From: Candidatus Limnocylindrales bacterium | GTDB lineage: Bacteria > Chloroflexota > Limnocylindria > Limnocylindrales > CSP1-4 | Length of the DNA stretch: 64,000 nt | Assembly: GCA_035717785.1 (NCBI GenBank) | Contig: DASTIG010000116.1 | Span: 3,055-67,054, forward strand | Direction: 5' to 3' | Shown here: in pieces, positions 55,728 to 63,438 of the stretch | How the letters are laid out: each line of letters begins with the position of its first letter | Numbering within the stretch: position 1 is the stretch's first letter | Notes under the pieces: model-generated | Seen by the model: the letters and a program-made list of their open reading frames with translations, nothing else | Databases searched by the model: none | Told to the model about the DNA's origin: nothing | Made by a program: the position numbers and the translations under genes

Positions 55728-55918
55728 TCCAACGTCCAGCACAGGAACCCTCGGACATGGGTGACGTACCGATCCGCTTCTTCGATGAGGGCGGCGACGA
55801 GGTCGACCCCGCGGCGGTGATCCTGACCTGCGCGAACTGTGGGACGCCGATGGACGAGCGCAAGTGCAAGCTCATCTGCCGATGCGGCTATTTCCTGTCC
55901 TGCTCGGATTACTACTGA
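55724..55918 (+). CDS. Small Cys-rich zinc-ribbon-like protein (64 aa)
   Basis: The ATG overlaps the cyclase stop (ATGA). The C-terminal half is CANCGTPMDERKCKLICRCGYFLSCSDYY. It is hidden inside a longer shadow ORF in the track. Confidence 0.55.
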   Translation: MIQRPAQEPSDMGDVPIRFFDEGGDEVDPAAVILTCANCGTPMDERKCKLICRCGYFLSCSDYY

Positions 55919-55924
55919 CTCCGA

Positions 55925-55930
55925 TAGACT
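55925..55930 (+). promoter_or_regulatory. -10-like hexamer TAGACT, 8 nt before the thyX ATG
   Basis: Recurrent motif. It supports the 55939 start. Confidence 0.5.
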
Positions 55931-55938
55931 GGCCGTCG

Positions 55939-56799
55939 ATGACCGCCGAGCCGATCCCAGCGCCCCGCCCGAAGACGGGCATCCCCAGGAACCCCGGGCG
56001 GCGCGAACTCGGGATGACGGCCACGTTGCTCTTCCCCGACCGCGAGATCGTCGAGAAGTTCTACGTCCCGATCATCTACACCGCGTGCCGGACGTGCTAC
56101 TCGGAGATGCCGCCCGAGGAGATCTTCCGGAAGTCGGTCGACGGCGAGTTCGACCCGGCCAAGATGCAGAAGCTGATCGCATCGGTCATCGAATCGGGTC
56201 ACGGCTCGACCATCGAGCACATCGTGTTCACGTTCGGGATCACCGGCGTGTCGCGGACGCTGTCCCACCAGCTCGTGCGCCATCGGGCCGGCGTCGCGTT
56301 CGACCAGCAGAGCCAGCGCTACGTCAAGTTCAAGGGCGCCGCGACCATGCTGCCGCACTCGATCGCCGAGGCCGACCCCGAGCTACGCGGTCGCTACGAA
56401 TCGCAGGTTTCCGGCGCGCTCGACCTGTACGGGGAGATGGTGGAGGCCGGGCTGCCCGGCGAGGATGCGCGGTTCGTCTTTCCGAACGCGACCCGGACGA
56501 ACCTCGTCATGACGGCCAACCTGCGAGCACTCATCCACATGTCAGGGTTGCGGCTGTGCACGATGGCGCAGTGGGAGATCCGAAGACTGTTCCAGCTGAT
56601 CCGCCAGCAGATCTTCACGGTGTCGCCGTTCCTGGGTTCGTTCCTGGCGCCGAAGTGCGTGCCGCTGGGGTACTGCGACGAGTTCGGCAACCGCGACGAG
56701 CACTGCCCGATCCGGCCCCACAAGGACAATGTCCTCGGCGCGTGGGCCGAGAAGGCGGCGGCTGCGCGCGCGGCCGGCCGGGAGCTGCCGCAGACCTGA
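55939..56799 (+). CDS. thyX: FAD-dependent thymidylate synthase
   Basis: ThyX motif RHRAGVAFDQQSQRY. The ATG is 8 nt after TAGACT (55925-55930). Confidence 0.9.
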   Translation: MTAEPIPAPRPKTGIPRNPGRRELGMTATLLFPDREIVEKFYVPIIYTACRTCYSEMPPEEIFRKSVDGEFDPAKMQKLIASVIESGHGSTIEHIVFTFGITGVSRTLSHQLVRHRAGVAFDQQSQRYVKFKGAATMLPHSIAEADPELRGRYESQVSGALDLYGEMVEAGLPGEDARFVFPNATRTNLVMTANLRALIHMSGLRLCTMAQWEIRRLFQLIRQQIFTVSPFLGSFLAPKCVPLGYCDEFGNRDEHCPIRPHKDNVLGAWAEKAAAARAAGRELPQT

Positions 56800-56879
56800 G
56801 GGTTCCGCGCTGCGCGAGGGCGCCGCGACGCACGCGAGCCCGATGCACACTTTCTGCGCCCGCGTCGAGGTTCATCTGT

Positions 56880-56900
56880 TGATGCGCATGGGCCGCATCA
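56880..56900. promoter_or_regulatory. Palindrome TGATGCG-N7-CGCATCA (copy 1)
   Basis: 7-bp perfect arms, spacer CATGGGC. Confidence 0.45.
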
Positions 56901-56971
56901 GGGCGCAGACGCCTCATCCACTTGGGCGCCCGAGAGTCAGCGGCCGTCCAGTGTCGACCCGCACCTGGCCT

Positions 56972-56992
56972 TGATGCGGCCTGTGCGCATCA
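56972..56992. promoter_or_regulatory. Palindrome TGATGCG-N7-CGCATCA (copy 2)
   Basis: Arms identical to copy 1, different spacer GCCTGTG, 92 bp from copy 1. Confidence 0.45.
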
Positions 56993-57094
56993 GAGACCAA
57001 AGGTCGGCGCGGCCGTCGAAGGTGGACATAACGGCGCGCCGGCTCGCTCGCGGGGGGCGCGTTCGCGGCCGCCGCGGCGCCGACACAGATCGGA

Positions 57095-58225
57095 CTAGCC
57101 GGCGTCGACCAGCTGGACCCGGCGGCCTTCCGCGTCGCCGGCCACGAAGGCCAGCACGCGCTCGGCTTCCTCCTCGAGCTCGGCACGCTGGGCGCCCGTT
57201 ACCGGGGCGTATAGCGTCACGACGTTCGTGGCGGTGCGACCGCCGCGGGCCTTGCCCCCGCCCTCGCGGTTCACGCGCCAACCCGCGGAAACGAACCCGT
57301 CGACGAGGACCCCGCCCTTCCACGTCAACTCGTTGATGGTCAATCCTTCCGTCAGGATCCGCGACCGGTCGTCGTGGGACAGGATGACGTTGTCGTAGAA
57401 GGGCAGGAACCGGATCGGGGCAGGCAGGTCCGCATCCACGATCAGGCCGTCCGCCACGTCGAACAGCTCCCGGCCTCCCTCGTCCTGGAACGTCCGCAGC
57501 CTCGGGCGCAGTCGCTCCACGACCTCGCGCAGGCCGGTCAGCCACGACCAGACACGCATATCGCTCACCGTCGCCGGCCCAAAGGCCGCCAGGTAACGCA
57601 GGATGAGGTCGTCGACGCTCGGTGTCGGGTCCATCCCACGGCCCAGCCACGCCTCCGCAGTCGTGTTGGTCGGTCGGCCCGTCTTCTTCCACAGCCCGCG
57701 GGGCGGCACCTGGACGAGCGGCAGCAGGAACCTGGCGGCGTATGCCAGCGACGTGGCATCTCGGTCGGGCCAGCCCGGGGCGAGTGCCGCCCCGAGCTCA
57801 CTCGGCGTCCGCGGCCGCTCCCCCAGCGCCTGGCGCGCGCGCGCGATCACCGCATCCAGGTCGACGCCCACGAGTCGCTTCACGAACGGGCTACTGCGCC
57901 ACGAGCGGGCCATGACGTCGGCGAGGATCGGGTAGTGCGCTGTCGCGTCGCGCGCCGTCACGAGGTGCAGCGTGCCGCGCAGGAGCCCCATCCGGACGGC
58001 CCCGCGCTCCTCGATCAGGCGGCTCAGGTCCTGCGGGTCGAAGCCGGCGATGCGCGACCACAGGCCGACGTACGGATCGGGCGGCTCCTGCGCCTGCATC
58101 CCGACGAGATGCTCGATCACATCCACCACCGGGCGGTCGACCCGCTCGAGCAGCAGCTGTCGCGCGAGAAGCGTCCTGTTCAGGACGCGCCGGCTGAGCA
58201 CCGGCGCCGAACCTCGGGCCGTCAT
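57095..58225 (-). CDS. Winged-helix YcaQ/AlkZ-like protein (putative crosslink-repair DNA glycosylase)
   Basis: LLARQLLLERVDRPVVDVIEHLVGMQAQ ... GTLHLVTARD, typical of the DUF1006/YcaQ family. Confidence 0.75.
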   Translation of the reverse strand: MTARGSAPVLSRRVLNRTLLARQLLLERVDRPVVDVIEHLVGMQAQEPPDPYVGLWSRIAGFDPQDLSRLIEERGAVRMGLLRGTLHLVTARDATAHYPILADVMARSWRSSPFVKRLVGVDLDAVIARARQALGERPRTPSELGAALAPGWPDRDATSLAYAARFLLPLVQVPPRGLWKKTGRPTNTTAEAWLGRGMDPTPSVDDLILRYLAAFGPATVSDMRVWSWLTGLREVVERLRPRLRTFQDEGGRELFDVADGLIVDADLPAPIRFLPFYDNVILSHDDRSRILTEGLTINELTWKGGVLVDGFVSAGWRVNREGGGKARGGRTATNVVTLYAPVTGAQRAELEEEAERVLAFVAGDAEGRRVQLVDAG

Positions 58226-59115
58226 CCGGCCCCGGCCGCCTCGTCGCCCAGGTCGGTCACGAAGCGGCGGATCACGCGCGCGAGGCGGGGACCGGCGACA
58301 GAGCCCGCTTCGAGGACCTCCTCATGGTTCAGCGGCTCTGCGCTGTACCCCGCCCCGGCGTTGGTGACCAGCGACACCCCGCAGACCTCGAGGCCGACCC
58401 AGCGGGCAGCGATGCATTCGAGGACGGTCGACATGCCGACCGCGTCGCCGCCTAGCGCGGCCAGCATGCGGACCTCGGCCGGCGTCTCGTACGCCGGGCC
58501 GGTGAGGCCGACATAGACGCCCTCACGGACGTCGACGCCCTCGTCCGCGGCGGCGGCATGCAGGCGCTTGCGCAGCCGCGGGCTCCAGGCCTCCGTCATG
58601 TCCGGGAACCGCGGCCCGAGCATGTCGGCGTTGCGGCCGATCAGCGGCGATCGCCCAGTCAGGTTGATGTGGTCGTTCAGGATCATGAGCGTCCCGGGAC
58701 CGAAGGACGGATCCAGCCCCCCGGCCGCGTTCGTCAGCACCACGATCCGGGCTCCAAGAGCACGGAACAGCAGCACCGGTTGGACGACGAGACCTGGATC
58801 GTTCCCTTCGTAGAGGTGGAAGCGGCCCTGGAGCATGACCACCGGGCGACCGCCGAGGCGCCCCACGAGCAGCCTGCCGACGTGACCAGGGGCTGTCGCC
58901 GCCGGCCAACCCGGGAGGGCGTCGAACGGGATCGCCACCGGCTCTTCCAGCTCGTCCGCCAGGCCGCCCAACCCCGACCCGAGCACGATCCCGATGTCCG
59001 GCACGACGGTCGTCCAGTCTCGCACGGCGGCGACCAATGTAGCGATGCGCTCTGTTTGGGCGCTCGGGGGGATCGGCTGGCTGGGGTCGAATGTCACAGT
59101 GGCGGCGTCAGACAT
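58222..59115 (-). CDS. punA: Purine nucleoside phosphorylase (trimeric PNP type)
   Basis: GIVLGSGLG, GRFHLYEG, MSTVLE. GGAGG SD before ATG 59115. Its 3' end overlaps the start of the downstream YcaQ/AlkZ-like gene by 4 nt (58222-58225). Confidence 0.85.
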   Translation of the reverse strand: MSDAATVTFDPSQPIPPSAQTERIATLVAAVRDWTTVVPDIGIVLGSGLGGLADELEEPVAIPFDALPGWPAATAPGHVGRLLVGRLGGRPVVMLQGRFHLYEGNDPGLVVQPVLLFRALGARIVVLTNAAGGLDPSFGPGTLMILNDHINLTGRSPLIGRNADMLGPRFPDMTEAWSPRLRKRLHAAAADEGVDVREGVYVGLTGPAYETPAEVRMLAALGGDAVGMSTVLECIAARWVGLEVCGVSLVTNAGAGYSAEPLNHEEVLEAGSVAGPRLARVIRRFVTDLGDEAAGAG

Positions 59116-59409
59116 GGCGGCCTCCGGGCATGGGCGGCCAGCATGACAGGCCCGTGTGGCCGGCGTGGGAACGGGGGGAGGCTTCGTCGCGCCCGACGGA
59201 AGTATCGACACCGGGATGCCGATCGCGTCCCGCCGGGCGCCTCCCCGTGGACGGGCCGCGGTGAGACGGCCGCGCGACCGCGGGCAACGAAGCGCCCGAA
59301 GCGACCGGCGGCGGACGAAGGCCCTTGATGTGATCTCGGTTTCTGCGTCCTGTCGGCCCCTTCGGGCAAGACCTACGTTATCGGCCGGCTCAGCCGACGG
59401 TCAACGCGC

Positions 59410-59496
59410 TTATCCACGAACATCGGACTGATCTCGCGACGCCTGTCCACGGGATTATCGGGCCTGTGGTCGGGCTGTGGATAACCCTGTGGACGA
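59410..59496. promoter_or_regulatory. Cluster of five DnaA-box-like 9-mers
   Basis: TTATCCACG (59410-59418) and CTGTCCACG (59443-59451). On the other strand CGACCACAG (59464-59472), TTATCCACA (59476-59484, perfect) and TCGTCCACA (59488-59496). Confidence 0.5.
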
Positions 59497-59523
59497 AGGG
59501 TGGTCGACGACGCAGAGCGACGC

Positions 59524-60573
59524 TCAGCCGCCCATCGCGAACATCTCGATCTTCGGCAGATCGGACGTCGACTGCGCCCGCAGCTCCGAATAGCGGTCGT
59601 CCCGGGCGCGCCAGGTTTCGGCGAGGAACGTCGCGAGCGCCTCGTCGGACGAGCCGTCGCGAAGGACCGCCCGGACGTCGCGCCCGCTCACGGCGAACAG
59701 GCACGTGTACAGCTTGCCGTCGGCCGACAGTCGGGCTCGCGTGCAGTCGCGACAGAACGGCCGGGTGACCGAGGAGATGATCCCGAACTCGCCGCCCCCG
59801 TCCGCGTATCGCCAGCGGCCGGCGACCTCACCGCGATAGCCGGCGTCGGCGGGCGCAGCGGGCCAAACGCCGGTGACCATGTCGATGAGCTCCACGGCCG
59901 GCACGACCTCGTCCAGCCGCCAGCCGTTCGAATGGCCGACATCCATGTACTCGATGAACCGAAGCGTCACACCGGTGTCGCGCGCCCAGCGCGCCATCGG
60001 CACGACCGACGACTCGTTGACGCCGCGTCGAACCACCATGTTGACCTTGATCGGGTCCAGCCCGGCTTCGAGCGCCGCGTCGATCCCGTCGAGCACCTTC
60101 GCGACCGGGAACTCGATACCGTTCATCGCGCCGAAGACCGCGTCGTCGAGGGAGTCCAGGCTGACCGTCACGCGGTGCAGACCCGCGTCGCGCAGCGGTC
60201 GTGCGAGCGCCCGCAAGGCGGCACCGTTCGTCGTCAGCGTGAGGTCGAGCTCGCGACCATCCGGCGTGCGCAGGCCCGCCAGCATCCGGATCAGGTCCGG
60301 CAGCCCGCGCCGGACCAGCGGCTCGCCGCCAGTGATCCGGAGCTTCTCGACGCCCAGACCGACGAACGCGCCGGCTGCCCGGTGGATCTCCTCGAACGTC
60401 AGGACCTGGTCTTTTGGCAGGAACGCATAGTCGCGCCCGAAGATCTCCTTCGGCATGCAATACGTGCAGCGGAAGTTGCACCGATCGGTCACCGAGATGC
60501 GCAGGTCGTGCAGCGGCCGGCCCAGGAGATCGAGCGGTTGGGCGGCGGGGAAAGTGGTATCGAGGGCGTTCAT
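59524..60573 (-). CDS. moaA: GTP 3',8-cyclase (radical SAM molybdenum cofactor biosynthesis)
   Basis: CNFRCTYCMP cluster motif and the MoaA C-terminal Cys motif (FCRDCTRARL). The ATG at 60573 is 9 nt after TACGAT. Confidence 0.9.
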   Translation of the reverse strand: MNALDTTFPAAQPLDLLGRPLHDLRISVTDRCNFRCTYCMPKEIFGRDYAFLPKDQVLTFEEIHRAAGAFVGLGVEKLRITGGEPLVRRGLPDLIRMLAGLRTPDGRELDLTLTTNGAALRALARPLRDAGLHRVTVSLDSLDDAVFGAMNGIEFPVAKVLDGIDAALEAGLDPIKVNMVVRRGVNESSVVPMARWARDTGVTLRFIEYMDVGHSNGWRLDEVVPAVELIDMVTGVWPAAPADAGYRGEVAGRWRYADGGGEFGIISSVTRPFCRDCTRARLSADGKLYTCLFAVSGRDVRAVLRDGSSDEALATFLAETWRARDDRYSELRAQSTSDLPKIEMFAMGG

Positions 60574-60582
60574 CGAGCGTCC

Positions 60583-60588
60583 ATCGTA
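60583..60588 (-). promoter_or_regulatory. -10-like hexamer TACGAT, 9 nt before the moaA ATG
   Basis: Minus strand reads TACGAT-ggacgctcg-ATG. Confidence 0.4.
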
Positions 60589-60640
60589 GCGCCGAACCGC
60601 GTTGCACCAGCACACCGGCACGAGGTACGGGCGCTCCGGC

Positions 60641-60668
60641 GGTACCACCGGCGTACACCGCTGGTACC
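60641..60668. promoter_or_regulatory. 28-bp near-palindrome GGTACCACCGGCG-TA-CACCGCTGGTACC
   Basis: 11 of 13 arm positions are complementary, with two GGTACC cores 22 bp apart. It sits in the moaA / coiled-coil-gene divergent region. Confidence 0.4.
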
Positions 60669-60753
60669 ACTAGCGGACTCCACCACACCAAACCTCGCTG
60701 GCACGATGCCTCCACGCCCCGAAGCGCCTACCTATCCCGACGAGGATCCACGC

Positions 60754-62169
60754 ATGGCATCGACCGACGCGAAGAGCGGCTTCCGCCTCCCATGGAGCAC
60801 GGACCGGACCGAGTCCGACGAGCAGGCTGACGCATCCCAGGCCGAGCAGCCCGCCGTGGATCAGTCCCAGCCGCAGAGCGAGAGCGAGACACCGACGATG
60901 ATCGAGACCGCGCCGACCCCGTCCAACGAGGCGGTCCAAGAGGAGTCGGCCGTGCCGAACCAGGCCACTGGCGCGACCCCGGCCGCGGCCCCGACGCGCA
61001 AGGCCAACAAGTTCATGGCCGACCTCACCAAGGCCATGCAGGTCGCTGCCGAGGCGGCGCGCGCCGACACGCTCGAGCGGTTCTCGGCCGAGGCGAAGGC
61101 CCACATCGAGAGCATCCACGCCAGCACGTCTGACGAGTCGACGGAGCTACGCAAGAAGGCCGATGACGACATCGCCGCGATCCGCGAGTGGTCCAAGGCC
61201 GAGATCGCGCGGATTCGCGAGGAGACCGACGAGCGCGTGACCCATCGGAAGGAAAAGCTCGAGCGCGAGATCGAGGCGCACGCCGCCGAGATCGAGGGCC
61301 GCATCGAGCGCGTCCAGGCGCGCGTCGCGTCCTTCGAGGCCGAAATGGCCATGTTCTTCGAGCGCCTGCTGGCCGAGGACGACCCGACGCGTTTCGCGGC
61401 CATGGCCGAGACCCTCCCCGAGCCCCCGCCCTTCGATGCCGATGAGGCGTGGGCGGGGTCGAGCGCGATCCAGGAGACGACGGCCGCGGTGGAACCGCCG
61501 CTCTTCGAGATCCCGGTGGCAGAGGCGCCGGCCGACACGACGGAAATCGTCGAGGCACCCGCCGACGCACCGGCGGAAGCACCCGACGCGGAAGTCGTCG
61601 CCGAGTCCACGCCGGTCGAGGCGATGCCTGAGGCTGCGGTCGATGCGAACACCGACTGGGGGCAGCCCGACAGCGGCGACCTGTTCGGCATCTCCCCCGA
61701 GGAGCAGGCGCCGGTCGCCGAGGGCGACCCACGGCTGACGGCGCTGGGCGTCGAGCAGAACTTCGCTGCCGCCGAGGCCGAAGCCGCCGCCTTCCCCGCC
61801 GAGACCGCCAACCCCGATGACGAGATCCCGACGATCGCCGAGGACGCCCTGGCGGCGCGGCTGGCCGGACTCGTCGCCGAGGACCACTCCACGCCCGCCG
61901 ACGTCGCGACGACCCGTGTGGTCGTGACCGGGCTCGTCAGCGTGGCGAGCATCGCTGGCTTCAAGCGCAACCTGGCCCGCGTGAGCGGCGTCCGTTCGGT
62001 CGGCGTGTCGTCCGGCCCCGACGGTGAGTTCGTCTTCGCGGTCACCCATGAACCCGATCTCGGGCTTGCCGACGGCATCGCCACGTTGCCTGGCTTCAGC
62101 GCACGCGTGACGAACGAAGCTCCAGGCGAGCTCACCGTGGCTGCGCGCGACCCAGAATCGGAGGGCTGA
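60754..62169 (+). CDS. Coiled-coil protein with acidic low-complexity regions and a C-terminal alpha/beta domain (unknown function)
   Basis: N-terminal KSGFRLPW, a ~150-aa charged helical region (AIREWSKAEIARIREETDERVTHRKEKLEREIEAHAAEIEGRIERVQ) and a Pro/Glu/Ala-rich acidic stretch. The last ~85 aa are TTRVVVTGLVSVASIAGFKRNLARVSGVRSVGV... Alternative ATG at 60706. The upstream 400 codons of the 889-aa track ORF are antisense to moaA. Confidence 0.7.
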   Translation: MASTDAKSGFRLPWSTDRTESDEQADASQAEQPAVDQSQPQSESETPTMIETAPTPSNEAVQEESAVPNQATGATPAAAPTRKANKFMADLTKAMQVAAEAARADTLERFSAEAKAHIESIHASTSDESTELRKKADDDIAAIREWSKAEIARIREETDERVTHRKEKLEREIEAHAAEIEGRIERVQARVASFEAEMAMFFERLLAEDDPTRFAAMAETLPEPPPFDADEAWAGSSAIQETTAAVEPPLFEIPVAEAPADTTEIVEAPADAPAEAPDAEVVAESTPVEAMPEAAVDANTDWGQPDSGDLFGISPEEQAPVAEGDPRLTALGVEQNFAAAEAEAAAFPAETANPDDEIPTIAEDALAARLAGLVAEDHSTPADVATTRVVVTGLVSVASIAGFKRNLARVSGVRSVGVSSGPDGEFVFAVTHEPDLGLADGIATLPGFSARVTNEAPGELTVAARDPESEG

Positions 62170-62173
62170 GATC

Positions 62174-63400
62174 GTGGCCCGACCGGCCATCGCTGTCGCC
62201 CTTCCAGCCGAAGAGTCTGCTCCGGTCTCTGCCGAGCTTCGCGCCGCCGGGTTCACGGTCGCGACGATCACCCATCCGGACGAGCTCGAGGCACTGCTCG
62301 CCAGCCGGCGCGATGTCGCCGTCGCGATCCTCGACGGCGAGACTGACCTCGACCAGTCGCTCGAGTACTACTCGCTGCTCCGTGACGGCGGGCGGGCGAT
62401 CCCGGCCTTGATGGTCGTCTCGGAGCGCGCGCTCGCGCGGCTCGATCCAAGTTCGGGTGACGTCGAGGACGAGTATTTCACCCGCCCGTATTCCGCTGAG
62501 TCGCTGCGCTGGCGCGTCGAGGCCATGTGCATCCGCAGCCAGACCGTCGACGACGGGTCGGGTCCGGTCCTCCAGAGTGGACCGCTCGAAGCCGACGGCT
62601 GGGCCCAGCGAGCCACGATCCTGGCGGTCTTCAATCCCAAGGGCGGTGTCGGTAAGACCACCATCGCGACGAACCTTGCCTCGGTCCTGCAATCCCGACG
62701 CGGCCACAGCGTGCTTCTCGTGGACGCAGATACCGTCACGGGCCACGTCTCGACGTCGCTCGGGATCGATGGCGTCCGCACCCTCGCCGACAGCTGGCGT
62801 GACCAGCAGGAGGGCGGGCCGCGGGAGACCCTGGCCGAGATCGCCTCGGCGCACTCATCGGGCATGCGGGTCGCATCGCTCACCACGTCGCCGCTCGATA
62901 CCGAGATCCTCGACCCCGGGCGCGTGGCCGAGGCCATCACGAGTGCGCGACGCGGCTTCGACTTCATCGTGGTCGACTTGCATCCGTCGTATAGCCACCT
63001 CAACCAGGCGATCTTCGCGATCGCCGACCGGATCCTCGTCCCCGTCACCCCGGACGTGCCGGCGATCCGCGCGGCGGTTCAGCTGACCGACTTCGCCACG
63101 GAGCTCGGCGTGCGCGAGCGGCTGGCCCTGGTGATCAACCGGGCCAACAGCGGCGTCGGCGTCGCGGACATGGAGCGGACCGTCGGGATGCCCTCGATCG
63201 CCCTGATCCGGTCGGGCGGGCTGCTGTTCGTCCGCGCGGCCAACGAGGGCCGCACCGTGATCGAGATGTTCCCCAAAGAACGCATCACTGATGACTTTGA
63301 CGCGCTGGCCGACCGGGTCCTCGGCACCCCGATCGCCGCAGCGCCCGTCAAGGTTCCGTTCGCCCTCTTCAACCGCGCCAAGACGATCGCGCGCGCTTAG
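62174..63400 (+). CDS. Receiver-like domain + MinD/ParA/CpaE-type P-loop ATPase
   Basis: Deviant Walker A FNPKGGVGKTTIATNL, LLVDAD, IVVDLHP. N-terminal ~120 aa are CheY-like. GTG start 4 nt after the upstream stop, with a GGAGGG SD. Confidence 0.8.
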   Translation: MARPAIAVALPAEESAPVSAELRAAGFTVATITHPDELEALLASRRDVAVAILDGETDLDQSLEYYSLLRDGGRAIPALMVVSERALARLDPSSGDVEDEYFTRPYSAESLRWRVEAMCIRSQTVDDGSGPVLQSGPLEADGWAQRATILAVFNPKGGVGKTTIATNLASVLQSRRGHSVLLVDADTVTGHVSTSLGIDGVRTLADSWRDQQEGGPRETLAEIASAHSSGMRVASLTTSPLDTEILDPGRVAEAITSARRGFDFIVVDLHPSYSHLNQAIFAIADRILVPVTPDVPAIRAAVQLTDFATELGVRERLALVINRANSGVGVADMERTVGMPSIALIRSGGLLFVRAANEGRTVIEMFPKERITDDFDALADRVLGTPIAAAPVKVPFALFNRAKTIARA

Positions 63401-63438
63401 CTCAGCCAGTCCCTGCGGCCCGACGAACGGGCCCGGCC

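Noticed and set aside
52035-55918. Pycsar/CBASS-like anti-phage signalling system (cyclase plus cNMP-binding effector)
   Set aside because: The cNMP-binding proteins carry no TM, TIR, nuclease or other killing domain. The cyclase is of the large regulatory STAND-TPR class common in actinobacterial chromosomes. There are no mobile-element or defence-island neighbours.
59410-59496. Chromosomal replication origin (oriC)
   Set aside because: No dnaA, dnaN, rpmH or gidB-type genes are nearby, and there is no AT-rich unwinding element. I keep the boxes only as a possible DnaA-box cluster or regulatory site.
59500-60705. The first ~400 codons of the 889-aa plus-strand ORF 59500-62169
   Set aside because: This part is antisense to moaA and not protein-like. 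The credible gene begins at ATG 60754 (or 60706).
60574-60720. Molybdenum-cofactor (Moco) riboswitch upstream of moaA
   Set aside because: I could not match the conserved Moco-motif core by eye. A -10-like TACGAT lies only 9 nt from the ATG, implying an essentially leaderless mRNA with no room for an aptamer. An Rfam scan would be decisive.
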